A DNA stretch of 64,000 nt from the human T2T-CHM13v2.0 reference genome, Homo sapiens: the NCBI RefSeq assembly GCF_009914755.1, contig NC_060925.1; one strand, written 5' to 3'. The notes beneath the pieces are model-generated. The model worked only from the letters and a program-made list of their open reading frames with translations, was not told where the DNA came from and did not search any database. Positions 17,575-31,490 of this stretch are shown here, in pieces. Numbering within the stretch: position 1 is the first letter of the stretch; each line of letters begins with the position of its first letter. A program made the position numbers and the translations under genes.

Positions 17575-18070
17575 ATAGTTTGAATTACTGGTTTCAATAC
17601 TTTATCCTCCCCTGCATCCACACCCTTGCCCTAGCCCCACTGTAGGCAGAGTATACTTTTACGCCTTTCAACTTAGAGCTTGGCTAGGTGCCTTGTTTTG
17701 GCAAATGACTTGAGGAGGAAGGGGCCATGGACGATTCCCAGACTCAGCCTTAAGAAGACTGAGTGTTTCTGTTTGTTCTTTTGTGCCTCTGCGATCATCA
17801 CAAGAAGAACTTCCTCGGGGTGGCTGCTGCCTTTCAGCCAGGGCCCCGAATGAACGCTAGAAGCAGAGCTGCCCCAACTGACCACAGATCTACAGTGAAA
17901 AGTGGAGCCACATCAGCTGCCCCAGTTTTAGGCAGAGGCCCCCAGCAAAGCCCAGCCTAGTTCCAGCCAGTCAACAGATTCATAAAAATATGCGATTTTT
18001 GTTTTAGGCCAGTGAGTTTTCGAGTGATGTGTTATATAATATTACTATGAAAATATCCATGTGATATGAA
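17575..18070 (+). mobile_element. MLT1H-like solo LTR
   Basis: cctcccctgcatccacacccttgcc...ttgttttaggccagtgagttttcgagtgatgtgttat. Confidence 0.6.
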
Positions 18071-19330
18071 TAAGTATGCTTTATATTATCGAGAAAAAAA
18101 CAAAAAGGTATCAAAATTGAGGGAAAAAAAGGTGTTCTTTTAAGACCATGAAGAAAGAAATCTAAATCAAACATAGAAATATTTTAGAAGTTATTGAATT
18201 TAAAAGCTAGTGGAGAATTCTGCTTCTACTCACAAATGACACTTCTATGCAAACTTTCTTCCAACCATAAACAACTAGAAAACCAGGCAAAATATATGAA
18301 ACAACTCCTTTTGGATACTGAACAATAGGTAGTGAAGAACTCAGGAAAGGGAAATAAAGTGAGCCCTACCATTGCCCCAGTTACTTGTGAAGAGTTTCCA
18401 GGCTGCAGAGCAGGGAGAGAAACCCAAACAGAGATCCACAGTCTTGCTAAATTGAAGAGAAAGAGCTCAGAATTCAGGGAGGCAAAAATGTCTAGATTTT
18501 CTGGGGCAGAATACCACAGAAGATGGAGCTGCACAAAGAAAGAGAATTCCAGAGATCTTCAGAAGGGTACCCTTGAGTGTTTACCTAAGTAACAATCACT
18601 GCATGTGTAAGGTGAAACTCCTAAGGCAATAATCAATAGAAAACTATAAGCTGAACAAATCCTGGAGCTCCACAAGGCTAAGAATAGTTCATGTTTGCAT
18701 CTTCCAGAGTGGAAAAAACACAGAATACACAGGGCACTGGATAAAGTCTTGACATTAGCAACACACAGGAGCAGGCTAAATTAGCCCCACACTAAATGAT
18801 CCTCTTGACTCACCCTAACAAAACTTAAAAGCAAGCCTCAAGAAGATCTAATATCCCAAGTGGCTCAACTGCATGGCAGAGCAATTTCAATATTTTATAA
18901 AGGAATACAACAAAACCCAGCATCCAAAAATTACAACTTACAATATCCAACACTCAATAAAAAATTACCAGGCATGCAAAGAAGCAGGAAAAAGTGACCC
19001 CAAACCAAGAAACAATTTCATAAATAGAAACAGGCCCCTAAATAACAGAAATGATGGAATTAGCAGAAAATGAATTGAGTTACTTTATAAATATAAAAAT
19101 ATATTCTCAATGATATAAAGGAAAACATGAATATGCTGAAGAAAAAAAGAAAAATACATTTTAAAGACCAAAATGGGATTTGTAGAGAGAATAAAATGCA
19201 GTATCAGAAGAAAAAAGTACATTGGATGAGATTTACATCAGAATAGACACTACAGTAAAGATGAAGACATACCAACAGAAACTACTCGAAATGAAGTACA
19301 GAAAGTCATTCAGGTGACTTTCTGTCACCT

Positions 19331-19803
<473 letters not shown>

Positions 19804-20652
19804 TCAACTAAGAAGCTCAATGGAGCCCAGACAAGATAAATATAAAGAAAACCACACCAAGGCACATCATAATCAAAACTTGAAAATCAGAAATCTTAAA
19901 AGCATCCAGAGAAAAAAATATTACATACAGAGGAACAAAGATTAGAATGAAAGAAAACTTCTCATCAGAAACTAAGCAAGCCAAAATCAAGTGGAACATT
20001 TTTAAAGCTAAGAAGAAAAAGAAAAACAAACAACTATCAGGCTAGAACTCTAAACCCAGGGAAAATATATTCCAAAAATAAAGGTGACTGATATATGCTA
20101 CAATGTGTATAAAAACATTATGCTAAATGAAGGAAGCCAGTCACAAAAACAACAGATTGTGTAATTTTATGTACATTAAATGTCCAGAATAGACAAATCT
20201 ATAGAGACAGAAAGTAGGTTAGTGATTGCCTAGTGCTGGGAGCTTGGGGGGCAATGGGAAGCGACTGCTAATGGGTCCAAGGTTTCTTTCTAGCATAAAA
20301 AAAAGTTTTAAAATTAGTCATGGTGATTGGTTACATGGCTCTGTGAATATACTACAGACCACTGAATTGCATACTTTAAATTAGTGAATTGTATGTTATG
20401 TGAATTATATCTCATCAAAGCTGTTATTTTTTTAAATGACAGCTAAACAAGACATTTTCAAACAAGCAAAAACTAAGGGAATTCATGCCAGCAGATATGT
20501 ACTACAAGACATGTTAAATGAAGTTCTTCAGAAAGAAGTAAAATGATACAGGTGGAAATGTAGATGTACATAAATGAATGAAGGAGAAAATATTGTAAAT
20601 ATGTAGATAAACATAAAAGACACTTTTTAAAATCTCATTAAAAGATAATTGT

Positions 20653-20947
20653 GGCTGGGCACTGTGGCTCATGCCTGTAATCCCAGCACTTTGGGAGGAC
20701 AAGGCAAAAGGATTCCTGAGTTTGAGACTAGCCTTGGCAACACAGGAAGACTCCATCTCTTAAAAAAAAAAAAAAATTAGTCGAGCATGGTGGCATATAC
20801 CTGTAGTTCCAGCTACTCAGAAGGCTGAGGCAGTAAGATCGCTCAAGCCCAGGAGTTTGTGGCTGCAGAAAGCCATATACGCACCACTGCACTCCAGTCT
20901 GGGTGACAGAGTGAGACCTTGTCTCAAAAAAAAATAAAAATAAAAAA
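20653..20947 (+). mobile_element. AluJ
   Basis: Alu consensus; TSD aaaaga(t/c)aattg. Confidence 0.9.
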
Positions 20948-21827
20948 GACAATTGACTGTTTGAAGCAAAAAATAACATTATATTGTGATGTTTATAGCA
21001 TATGTAGGAATAAAACATGACAGTAATCGCTCATAGGCCAGGAGAATAAAAAAATAGAAATATACTGTTATATGGTTCTTGTATGTGAAGCAGTATAATA
21101 TTGCTTGAAGGTAGAATGTGATAATAAGTTAAAGATTAACATTGTAAACCCTATGGAAACCTCTATAAAAACATTTTTTAAAAGAGGTATAACTCATAAG
21201 CTAATAGTGGAGCTAAAACATAATCATGTAGCTTCCACTTCCATAAAGATGAGCTAGGGACCTTAAGACCAGAGAAATGACATGAGATGACAAAGTTCAC
21301 TGGATTTTCTTTTGGCCTCAAAAATCCCAAATTTGGAGGTGAAGAAGCTGGCAACTTTAAATGCCAACAGGCACAGACCAAAAATAAAGCTCCAACAAAA
21401 GCCTACTCTCTTTAGCCAAAGGACAAGAAAACAGCAGGATAGAAAGAAAGAAAACCTTTAGACAATAACACTCTACTCCAGGAAAACACCAAGAAAAAAC
21501 TGTATAACTCACAATGTTGTATATGTGTACATTTGTACACAATGTTGTACGGTGTAGCCACACTCCCTCCTACACGAGCAAAGATTGAGTGAGGAGCCTA
21601 GACTTTCCCCTTCATTAGGCTATAACAAGGTGCTCCCAACACCCCTGTCAGTGCAGAGAAAGCCAAGTAGGGAGCCAGGAAATAAAAGATATACATATTT
21701 GAAAGGAAGAAATAAGACGTCCCTATTTGCAGACAGCATAATTGTATATGTAGACAACCATCTGTACTTCTATATAATAGCACTGAACTTAACATTAAAG
21801 TTAAAAATACAATACCACTTACAATCA

Positions 21828-22277
<450 letters not shown>

Positions 22278-22664
22278 TCAACATAGTAAAGATGATAATT
22301 TCCCCCAAATTACAGAATTAACGCAATTCCTTTCAAAACCCCAGCAAGTCTTTTTATACATAGAGACAAGTTCGTCCTAAAATTATATGGAAAGGCAAAG
22401 GAACTAGAATAGCTAGTAAAAACATTGGGGAAAAAAGAATATAGTGCGAGAAATCAGTCAACCCAATTTCGAGACTTATTACATAGCTACATAATCAGAG
22501 CCACATGGTACCATGCAGTGACAGACACATCAGTGGAACAGAATAGAGACTTCAGAAATAGACACACATAAATATTCCCAACTAATTTTTGAGAAAAGCA
22601 ACTCAATGAGGAAAGATAAGTCTTTTCAACAAGCAGTGCTGTAGCAATTGAGCATTCATACACA

Positions 22665-22703
<39 letters not shown>
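22665..22703 (+). repeat. (AAT)n microsatellite
   Basis: Directly visible. Confidence 0.95.
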
Positions 22704-22704
<1 letters not shown>

Positions 22705-23004
22705 CACTTCAACCTAAGTCTCACACCTTATACACAGTGGATCATGGACTTAAATGTAAAATCATAAAATTTTATAAATGAAATCCAGGGCTAGGCAAAA
22801 AATGTTCTTAGGCTTCACACTAAAAGCAAAAGGAAAAACTGATGAATCAAACTTCATCAAAATTAAAAAATGTGTGCTTTGTGAAAGACCCTGTTAAAAG
22901 GATAAAAAGATAAGCTGCGGAGAGAACAAAATATTTGCAAACCATATATCCACCAAAGGACTAGTATCTAGAATATATAAAGAACCCTCAAAACTCAACA
23001 GTAG

Positions 23005-23163
23005 GCCAGGTGCAGTGGCTCATGCCTGTAATCACTGCACTTGGGAGACTGAGGTGGGAGGATCACTTGAGCCCAGGACTTTGAGGCTGCAGTGAGCCAT
23101 GATCACCCCAATGCACTCCAGCCTAGGCAACACAGTGAGATCCTGTCTTGAAAAAGAAAAAAA
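23005..23163 (+). mobile_element. Monomeric Alu (FRAM/FAM-like)
   Basis: Single monomer with its own TSD aaaactcaacagta. Confidence 0.85.
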
Positions 23164-23320
23164 CTCAACAGTAAAAAAAATCCAAACAATCCAATTAATA
23201 CATGGGCAAAAGATGTGAAGAGACATTTTACTGAAGAAGATATACAGATGGCAAATAAGAACTTGAGAATATACCCAACATTATAAGCCATTAGGAAAAC
23301 GCAATCTAAAATCAGAATGA

Positions 23321-23664
<344 letters not shown>

Positions 23665-25551
23665 TCACTATATACCTATGAGAGTGGCTAAAATAAAAAA
23701 TAGCGTCAACACCAAATGCTGGTAATGATGCAAAGAAACTGGATCTCTCACACACTGCTGGTTGGAATGTAAAATGGTACAATGTTTCTAGAAAATAGTT
23801 TGTCAGTTTCTTTAAAAAGTAAACACACAACTATTACATGACCCAGAAATTACACTCCTGACATTTATCCCAGAGAAATGAAAACTTTTGTTTACCAAAA
23901 CAACATCTGTAGACAAAAGTTTGTAACAGCTTTACTCATAATAGCCAACGACTGGAAACAACTTTAATGAGGGAATGGTTAAACAAACAATAGTATATCC
24001 ATACTGTGGAACACTACTCAGTAATAGAAAAGGAACAAACCATTGATACATAAAACAACCTGGATAAATCTCCAAAGAATTATGCTAAGTGAAGTAAGCC
24101 ACTCCCAAAAGATTAAATACTATATAATTTCATTCATATAACATCTTCAAAATAAGAAGATTATAGAAATGGAGAAAAAAGTAGTAGTAGTTTCCAGGGG
24201 TTACGGAGAAGGTATAAGTAGAAGGTAGGCAGGTATGGCTATAAAAGGGCAACATGAGGGGTCCTTGTGGTGGTAGAAATATTCTATATCTTGACTATAT
24301 CAAAGTCAATAACTTGGTTGCAATATTATGCCATAGTTTTGCAAGATGTTACCACTGGGAGAAATTGGATAAGGATTCATGAAATCTCTCTGTATTATTT
24401 CTTACAATTGTATGTGAATCCACAATTATCTCAAAATAAAAGTTTAATTTAAAAATGTAATCATACAAAATAATTAATTCAAAAGAAGGCCAAAAGAAAG
24501 GAAAAAATAAAAGACACATAGGACAAAGAGAAAAAAATAACAAGATGATAGATTTAAATCCAGCTATATCAGTGCTTACATTAAATGCAAATGATCTAAG
24601 CATTCCAATTAAAAGAAAGAAATTACAAAATTGGATAGGAAAGCAAGAGCCCACTATATGCTGCCCACAAGATACTCATTTCAAACATAAAGACATAAAT
24701 AAATTAAAAGTAAAAAGAATGGAGAAAAATACACCATGCAAATACTAATAGATAACTATATTAGTGGCTATATTAATACCAGACCAGCTAGACTTTATAA
24801 CAAGGAATATGACTAGGGATAAGAGGGGCATCTCATAATATAAAGGGATAAATTCAAGAAGATGTAGCAATCCTAAATCAGTATGCACCTAGTTACAGAG
24901 TCTCAAAAATACATGAAGCAAAAACTGACAGAACTGAAAGGAGAAACAGATCTCCAATTACATAGCTGGAGATTTTAGCCCTCCCTTTTCAGTAATGGAT
25001 ACAACAAGTAGACCAAAAAAAAAAAAAATTAGTGAGGATTTAAAAGCCTCTAAGAATACTATAAAGCAACTCAACCCAATTGACATTTCTACAATTCTCC
25101 ACTTATTAAGGACAGAGTATACATTTTTTTTATTCAAATGGAACATCACCAAGATAGACCAAATATTAGACCATAAAACCAATCTCAACAAATTATAAAG
25201 ATTTGGATAATGCAAATTATGTTCTTTGACCACAATTAAATTGAATTTAAAACTAAAAAAGGTACCTGGGAAAAACAAAATATTTGGAAAATAACACAGA
25301 GAAATAAATCAAGGCTCAAAGAAGTTACAAGAAAAATTAGGAAATATTTTAAACTAAATGAAAATGAAAACACACACAAAATTTGTGGAATGCAGCTCAA
25401 GCAGTGTTTAGAGGAAAATTTATAGCTTTAAATGCTTATAATAGAAAAGAAGAAAATACCAAAATCAATAATCTAAGTTTCTACTTTTAGAAGCAAGAAA
25501 AAAAAGACTGATCCTAAAATAAGAGAAAAAAATAATAAAGATAAGAACAGA

Positions 25552-25838
25552 TGGCTTATGCCCGTAACCCCCATACTTTGGGAGATCAAGGCAATTGGAT
25601 TGCTTGAGTCCGGGAGTTTGAGACCAGCCTAGGCAACATAGTGAGACTCTGTGTCTATGAAAAATTTAAAAATTAGCCGGGCATGATGGTGTGTGCCTGT
25701 AGTCCCAGCTAATCAAGAGGCTGAGGTAGGAGGATCTCTTGAGTCAGGGAGGCCAAGGCTACATTAAGCTGTGATCATACTATTGCACTACAGCCTGGGT
25801 GACAAAGAAAGACCCTGTCAAAAAAAAAAAAAAAAAAA
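25552..25838 (+). mobile_element. AluJ
   Basis: Diverged Alu; TSD aagaacaga. Confidence 0.88.
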
Positions 25839-26384
25839 GAACAGAAGTCCATGAACTATATGAACAATAGAGAAAATCAAACCAAGCTGACTTTTTAAAA
25901 ATAAGTATAAAGATAAATAAAGTGGATAATCCACCAGCCAGATTGATCAAGACAAATAGAAAAAGACACAAATTACCAATATCAAGTATAAAAGAGTACA
26001 GATCCTACAGGTATTAAAAGAATAATAAGGATATATCATGAATAACTTCATGCCAACAAATTCAACAATATAGATAAAATGGGCACATTCTTTGAAAATA
26101 CAAACAATCAAAGCTCGCTCAAGAAGACATAGATAACCTGGACACTCTCAGATCTATTAAATAAAGTTCATAGTTTAAAACCTTCCCACAAAGAGAACTC
26201 CAGGCCTACATGACATCACTGATAAATGCTATCAAATATGTAAAGAAAAAGCATTAACACTTCTACACAAACTCTTCCAGAAAACAGAAAAAGAGGGAAT
26301 ATATCCCAACTTAATTTGCAAACAAGCATCTGCCTGAGTAAAATAACAGATATTCACAAAAAAAGAAAGAAATTACAGACTGTA

Positions 26385-26539
26385 ACCAGGCATAGTGGCA
26401 AACACCTGCAATCCCAGCTACTCGGGAGGCTGCGGCAGAGAACTGCTTAAATCCAGGAGGCAGAGCTTCCAGTGAGCTGAGATGGTGCCACTGCACTCCA
26501 GCCTGGTTGAGAGAGTGAGACTCCGTCCCCCCAAAAAAA
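26385..26539 (+). mobile_element. 5'-truncated Alu (right arm)
   Basis: Right monomer flanked by TSD aaagaaattacagact. Confidence 0.88.
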
Positions 26540-28237
26540 GAAATTACAGACTAATACACTTTGTGAACACAGACACATAAAATCCTTAATAAAAGTTTAG
26601 TGATATATAGAAAAGATAATACATTATGACTAAGTTGGCTGATTCTTGGAATGCAGGATTGGTGTAACATTAGAATATCGGAAACACATGATCATCTCAA
26701 AGGATGCAAGAAAAGCATTTGACAAAATTCAACACTTGATGATTATAAACTCAATTTTCTAAGAATAGAACTTCCTCAATCTGATAAAGAGTGTCTATAA
26801 AAAACCTACAACTAACATCATACTTAACGGTAAATTAGGCAAGGATGTCTGACCACACCGCTTCTGTTTAATATTTTACTGTCCAGCGCAATGAGACAAG
26901 GCAAAGGTAATAAAGGCATATATCTTGTAAAGGAAAAAGTCAAATTATTTTTATTCTCAGATGACATCATTATTTAGAAAATCCTAAGGAATCTACAAGA
27001 AGATACTAGAAATAATAACTGAATTTAGCAGGATCTCAATTTACAAGGCCAATTTACACAAATTAACTATATTTTTATATACCACAAAGGATCATTGGAA
27101 TTCAAACTTTTAAAAATACTACTTGCAATAGCATTGAAATCATTTTTTTAAAATCTAGGCATCAATTTAACAAAATGTACAAGACCTCTACTCGGAAAAC
27201 TATGACACATGGTGAAGAAAATTAAAGATCGAAATAAGTAAGATAGATACCATTTTCATGGATAACAAGACTTCATGTTTTTAAGATGCTGGTTCCCCTG
27301 AAATTGATTTATAAATGAAATACAACCTCAATGAAAATCTTAGCAGGCTTTTGGATAAAAACTGACCTAGAAAAAGAACAAGATTGGAGCATATACTTTA
27401 CCTATTTTCAAGATTTACTATAAAACTATGATCAAAAGGGTGTGGTATCAACATCAGGATAAACATATAGAGTAATAAAACAGAATACAATCCAGAAATA
27501 GACATACACATATATAGTCAGTTGACTTTTGACAAAGATCCCAAAGTAAATCAGTGAGGTCAGAATTTTTTTTTTCATTAAATGGTGCTGGAACAATTGG
27601 ATATGGAGAAAAAAATTAATGTCAGCCTATACTTCACACCATACATAAAAATTAACTTAAAATAGATTTAAAAACCTAAACAGAAGAGCTAATAATATAA
27701 AACTTCCAGAGAAATTCTTGATTTAGGTAAAGATTTGTGACATTGAGTTCTTAACAACACAAAAAGTACAAACCATAAAAGAAAAAAATGACAAATGGAA
27801 CTCCATAAAAAGTATTAACCAAAAGACATGAAATGATGCTCAACAATACTAGTCGTTAAGGAAATACAAGTTAAAACCACAATAAAATGCCACTACAAAA
27901 CCCTGTAGACAAGCTAAAAAAACTGATCACACCAATAACACAGGTGAATCTCAAGAGCATGCTAAGTGAAAAAAGCCAAACACAAAAGATACCATACTAT
28001 ACGATTACGTTTATATGAAATGCTACAAAGGACAAAACTTTAGTGAGAGAAAGCAGATGAATAGTTACCAGTTTCCTGATCTATAAAGTGGAGGAATCAT
28101 CTCCATAAGTACTTAACCTTCTTCACAAGGTTGTTGCAAGTATTAAATGAGAATTAAATGAAATAACCTCTATAGAGCACAGTATCATACACGTAAGACT
28201 TCAATAATTGTTAGCTGTATTTTTAAATGATTATTAT

Positions 28238-28660
28238 TGTGGTAGAGGTTGCTTGGATTCACTCATATCATGTTGCCCTCTTCTTCCTGACAATGCTGCT
28301 GGACTTCATTTCTAGACTCCTTGAATCTAGTAGAACTACACAACTAGTTCTCATCAATAGAATGACTGTAAAAATGATGTGTGTTACCTCTTCACAAGGT
28401 AGTTAAGGCCGTGGTGCCTTCTCCATGCTCTCTGTTTGCTGGAGGATAAAGAGGATGCAATGGAGGACTCAGACCCTAGAAGACAATGGAACCACAGCAT
28501 GACAGGGGCCTGAGTCCCTGAATGACTGCCTGGAGCAGAGCTGTCCCCATTGCACTGGACTCTGAAATAAGCAAAAACCAAACCTTTATCGTGTTAAGCC
28601 GTAGAGAGCTGGGTTTTTATTTTTGTTGTTGTTACAGTATTAGTCTAACTAATCCAATAT
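28238..28660 (+). mobile_element. MLT1J-like solo LTR
   Basis: ggcctgagtccctgaatgactgcctggagcagagctg...gtgttaagcc...ttgttacag...actaatcca. Confidence 0.6.
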
Positions 28661-28929
28661 ACCCAGATATATGTATAACCATATACAATACTGCTCTATC
28701 CTTATCTTTCCTACTTTGAACACAACTCCTCAAAAGTCCTAGTTCATACTGAGCTCAGCCTCTCACTCTTCAGTTTCCATTCCTGGCCCTATACTTGAAC
28801 CTACATCTTTACTTCCTGTTACAATCCTGAGTCTACAATCATTGATGAGCCAAATCTCCACCAGCAGTCCAGGATGTTAAGTAGCACATCTTTATCGCTA
28901 GGGAGGGAGGCACAACCAAATGAACATGG

Positions 28930-29160
28930 CTTGGTGTTTCAAAGACCTAGACTGAAATCTCTGCTCTACAAATTACAAATCACATGCCAAGGCCATGTGA
29001 TACCATCTCTCTGAGCCTCAGTGTCTGAGCCTCAGAGCCTTATAGATAGGCCTCAGCCTATCTATAAGATGGGGATAATAATGTCTTCTTCACAGAGTTG
29101 TTGTGAAGATTAAACTAGGTAATGGATGTGTAAGGACCCAGCATAGCGTCTGACACACAT
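28930..29160 (+). mobile_element. MIR with templated insertion
   Basis: ctctgagcctcagt...ctataagatggggataataa...gttgttgtgaagattaaa. Confidence 0.75.
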
Positions 29161-30989
29161 GAGTCTCTTGGTAGACCCAGAACTACTTTCCCAATTCCCA
29201 AAGAATACTAGAGCTGACCAGGCTCCCAGGGGCCAGCATACCATACAGAGGCCTGTGGATAAGTACAGGGATGCACCTTCAGCCCCAGTAGAAGTGGCAT
29301 CTGCTCAGCTCTCTTTCCTGTACCCCTGGAAGCAAAAGTAAGTACAGACCTCTTACTTGAAATACTGTAACAACCTCCTCTAAATCACACACTGACAATA
29401 CCACCACCAACAGCAACAGTCTAATGATAGCTAAAATCTATTGGGTTTATTGTGTTGTACACTCCCCATGAGAAAGTTGAGATGCTAGAAGCACATTTAA
29501 TTTTCACAATAATTCTATAAGGTACATATTCTACAGATGAGGAAAATAGGGCCCAGAGAGGTTATGTAACCTGCTGAAAGTCACACAGCCACCAGGTAGC
29601 ACAGCTAGAAATTAAACGTATTCATATGTTCAATCTTTCATTGATTGGGTCAAGAAATTGTTTCTGCCACATGCCCTGTGCCAGGTCATACACAGGGCCT
29701 GAAGACACAAAGGTGCAGAGACACAAAATCCTCAAGGTGCCCCAGGGGAAACAGATCATGACTCATTAGCAACAGTCCCATGCAGAATGCAGCCTGTGCC
29801 ATGCCAGTCCCACTCTGGCCCCTTCCCCCAGCTCTGCTGCCTCCAAAAGCTGTGGAACCCCAGCAACAGCCCAGAGACGCTTCCTGAGACCGCTGTTTTC
29901 CTTGGCCCTGAGGTGAGAGACGGTGTGCCCAACAAGGTGGAAAACAAGACAGTGGGTGGGGGAAGTAAGAGGAGAGCAAATCTCCCCACCCAATCAACCT
30001 GTCTCTGTCACTGGTGGAAGCAGGGATCAGAGGGGGCTGCCTTTCCACCCACCCACCAGCCCGTCCAAGCCATTGTTCCCTTGTTGTGACAGGGGGTTCA
30101 ACTGGAGCCCACGGACTGGGGGCTTCCTCCCCAGCTCGCCGTGCTTGGACAGCTGGAGGAAACAGGCGGCTGGCGGGCCAGCTCTCCACTCCAACAACAA
30201 CAGGCTGCCCGCCCACTGGCGGCCTTGCTGGGGGCCCAGCCTGGAGCCAGAGAGGCCACCCCACTCCACCCCGTCACTGGCAAAACATGTTTTCTTGTTT
30301 TCTGAAGGGGAGGAGGAGGACTGTACCCATGCTGAGCAAACACAGGCACTGATAAGCATGGACAGGCCTGGCTGCCAGGTGGGGCTGCAGAGGCAGGGCC
30401 AGGACCAGGCTGGCCCCGGAGGTCATTCTGACCAGCCTGCCAGGTTCAGAGTCAGGTTGGGGGACAGAAAGCGCCTGCCACTCCAGGGATAAAGCACCCA
30501 GCCACAAGCCTTTCAGAGAAAGAGAAGAGACTGCCAGGCCACAGACCTCAGAAGCACAGCAGGCTAGCCTTCAAGAGCTGGAACGCTCTATCAGGTGCCT
30601 GCTCCTCAGCCAGTCTCTATGCCAGTCCCTTTGCCAGCTATTAATATCCTTTTCAGTGCTTGTAGAGACCATGAGAAGTAGGGACTGCTGCCCATGGCCT
30701 TCTTCAGATAAGGAAACTGAGGTTTAGAGAGGCTGAGTGACTTGTTCAAAGTCACACAGCAATTGGTACCCAGTTGGGATATTAATTTTTATCTGTCTGA
30801 CCACAAAGTTCATGTGCTTTTTACCATGCCCTGACCAGTCCCAGAGCCCTTTATATTTGTAGGAGTCTTTAGTTTACAAAGCACTTACCAGGTTACTGTA
30901 TTAGTTTCCTAGAGAGCTGCTGCAGAAACCATCATCAACCTGCCAGAGCTGTATCTCTTATCAAAAAGCTCACAATAGATCAGTTAGGT

Positions 30990-31490
30990 TAATGTCTTAG
31001 TTTGGGATCCCCCCTCCTCCATCCAAAGCAGGTGGTAAGGATTTGAGTGCAAGATGGTTTATTTGGGGGTTGATCCCAGAAAGCCACCATAAAAGAAAAG
31101 AGATAGGGAAAGGAGGAAACCAATACAGGGTGAACAGGGATTGCTGTGGACAACTGGGGCTCAGTCCCACTAGGGACATCTTGGAGACAGCACAGAACAA
31201 AATTGTCCCCCAGAGATGCCGTCCAAACCATTGTTCCCTTGTTGTGACAGGGGGTTCAACTGTGGCCCATGGACTGGGGGCTTCCTCCCCAGCTTGCCGT
31301 GCAGGAAGCTGGAATATTTATCCACCACTCCTACACATCATTGGTTGAGAGCTGTCCCCGGCATCTAAACTCTCTAAGCTTCCAGACTGCTCCATGATTG
31401 AGCTGAGCATCTCCTGTATCCAGAGAATGTCCTCAGGCAGAGAAATGCAAGTTGACAGCTGTGCAAGGATGGTCAGTACCAAGGGGGTAT
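30990..31490 (-). mobile_element. MLT1K/L-like LTR remnant with an 84 bp insertion
   Basis: gatttgagtgcaagatggtttatttgggggttgatcccagaaagc and aggaagctggaatatttatccacca...cattggttgagagctg. Confidence 0.65.

Noticed and set aside
24545-25198. Endonuclease-like ORFs as a functional gene
   Set aside because: Short, broken remnants of a dead L1 ORF2.
29686-30507. Overlapping 189-192 aa ORFs on both strands
   Set aside because: GC-rich region with few stops; the peptides are low-complexity P/G/A/W-rich with no recognisable domain.
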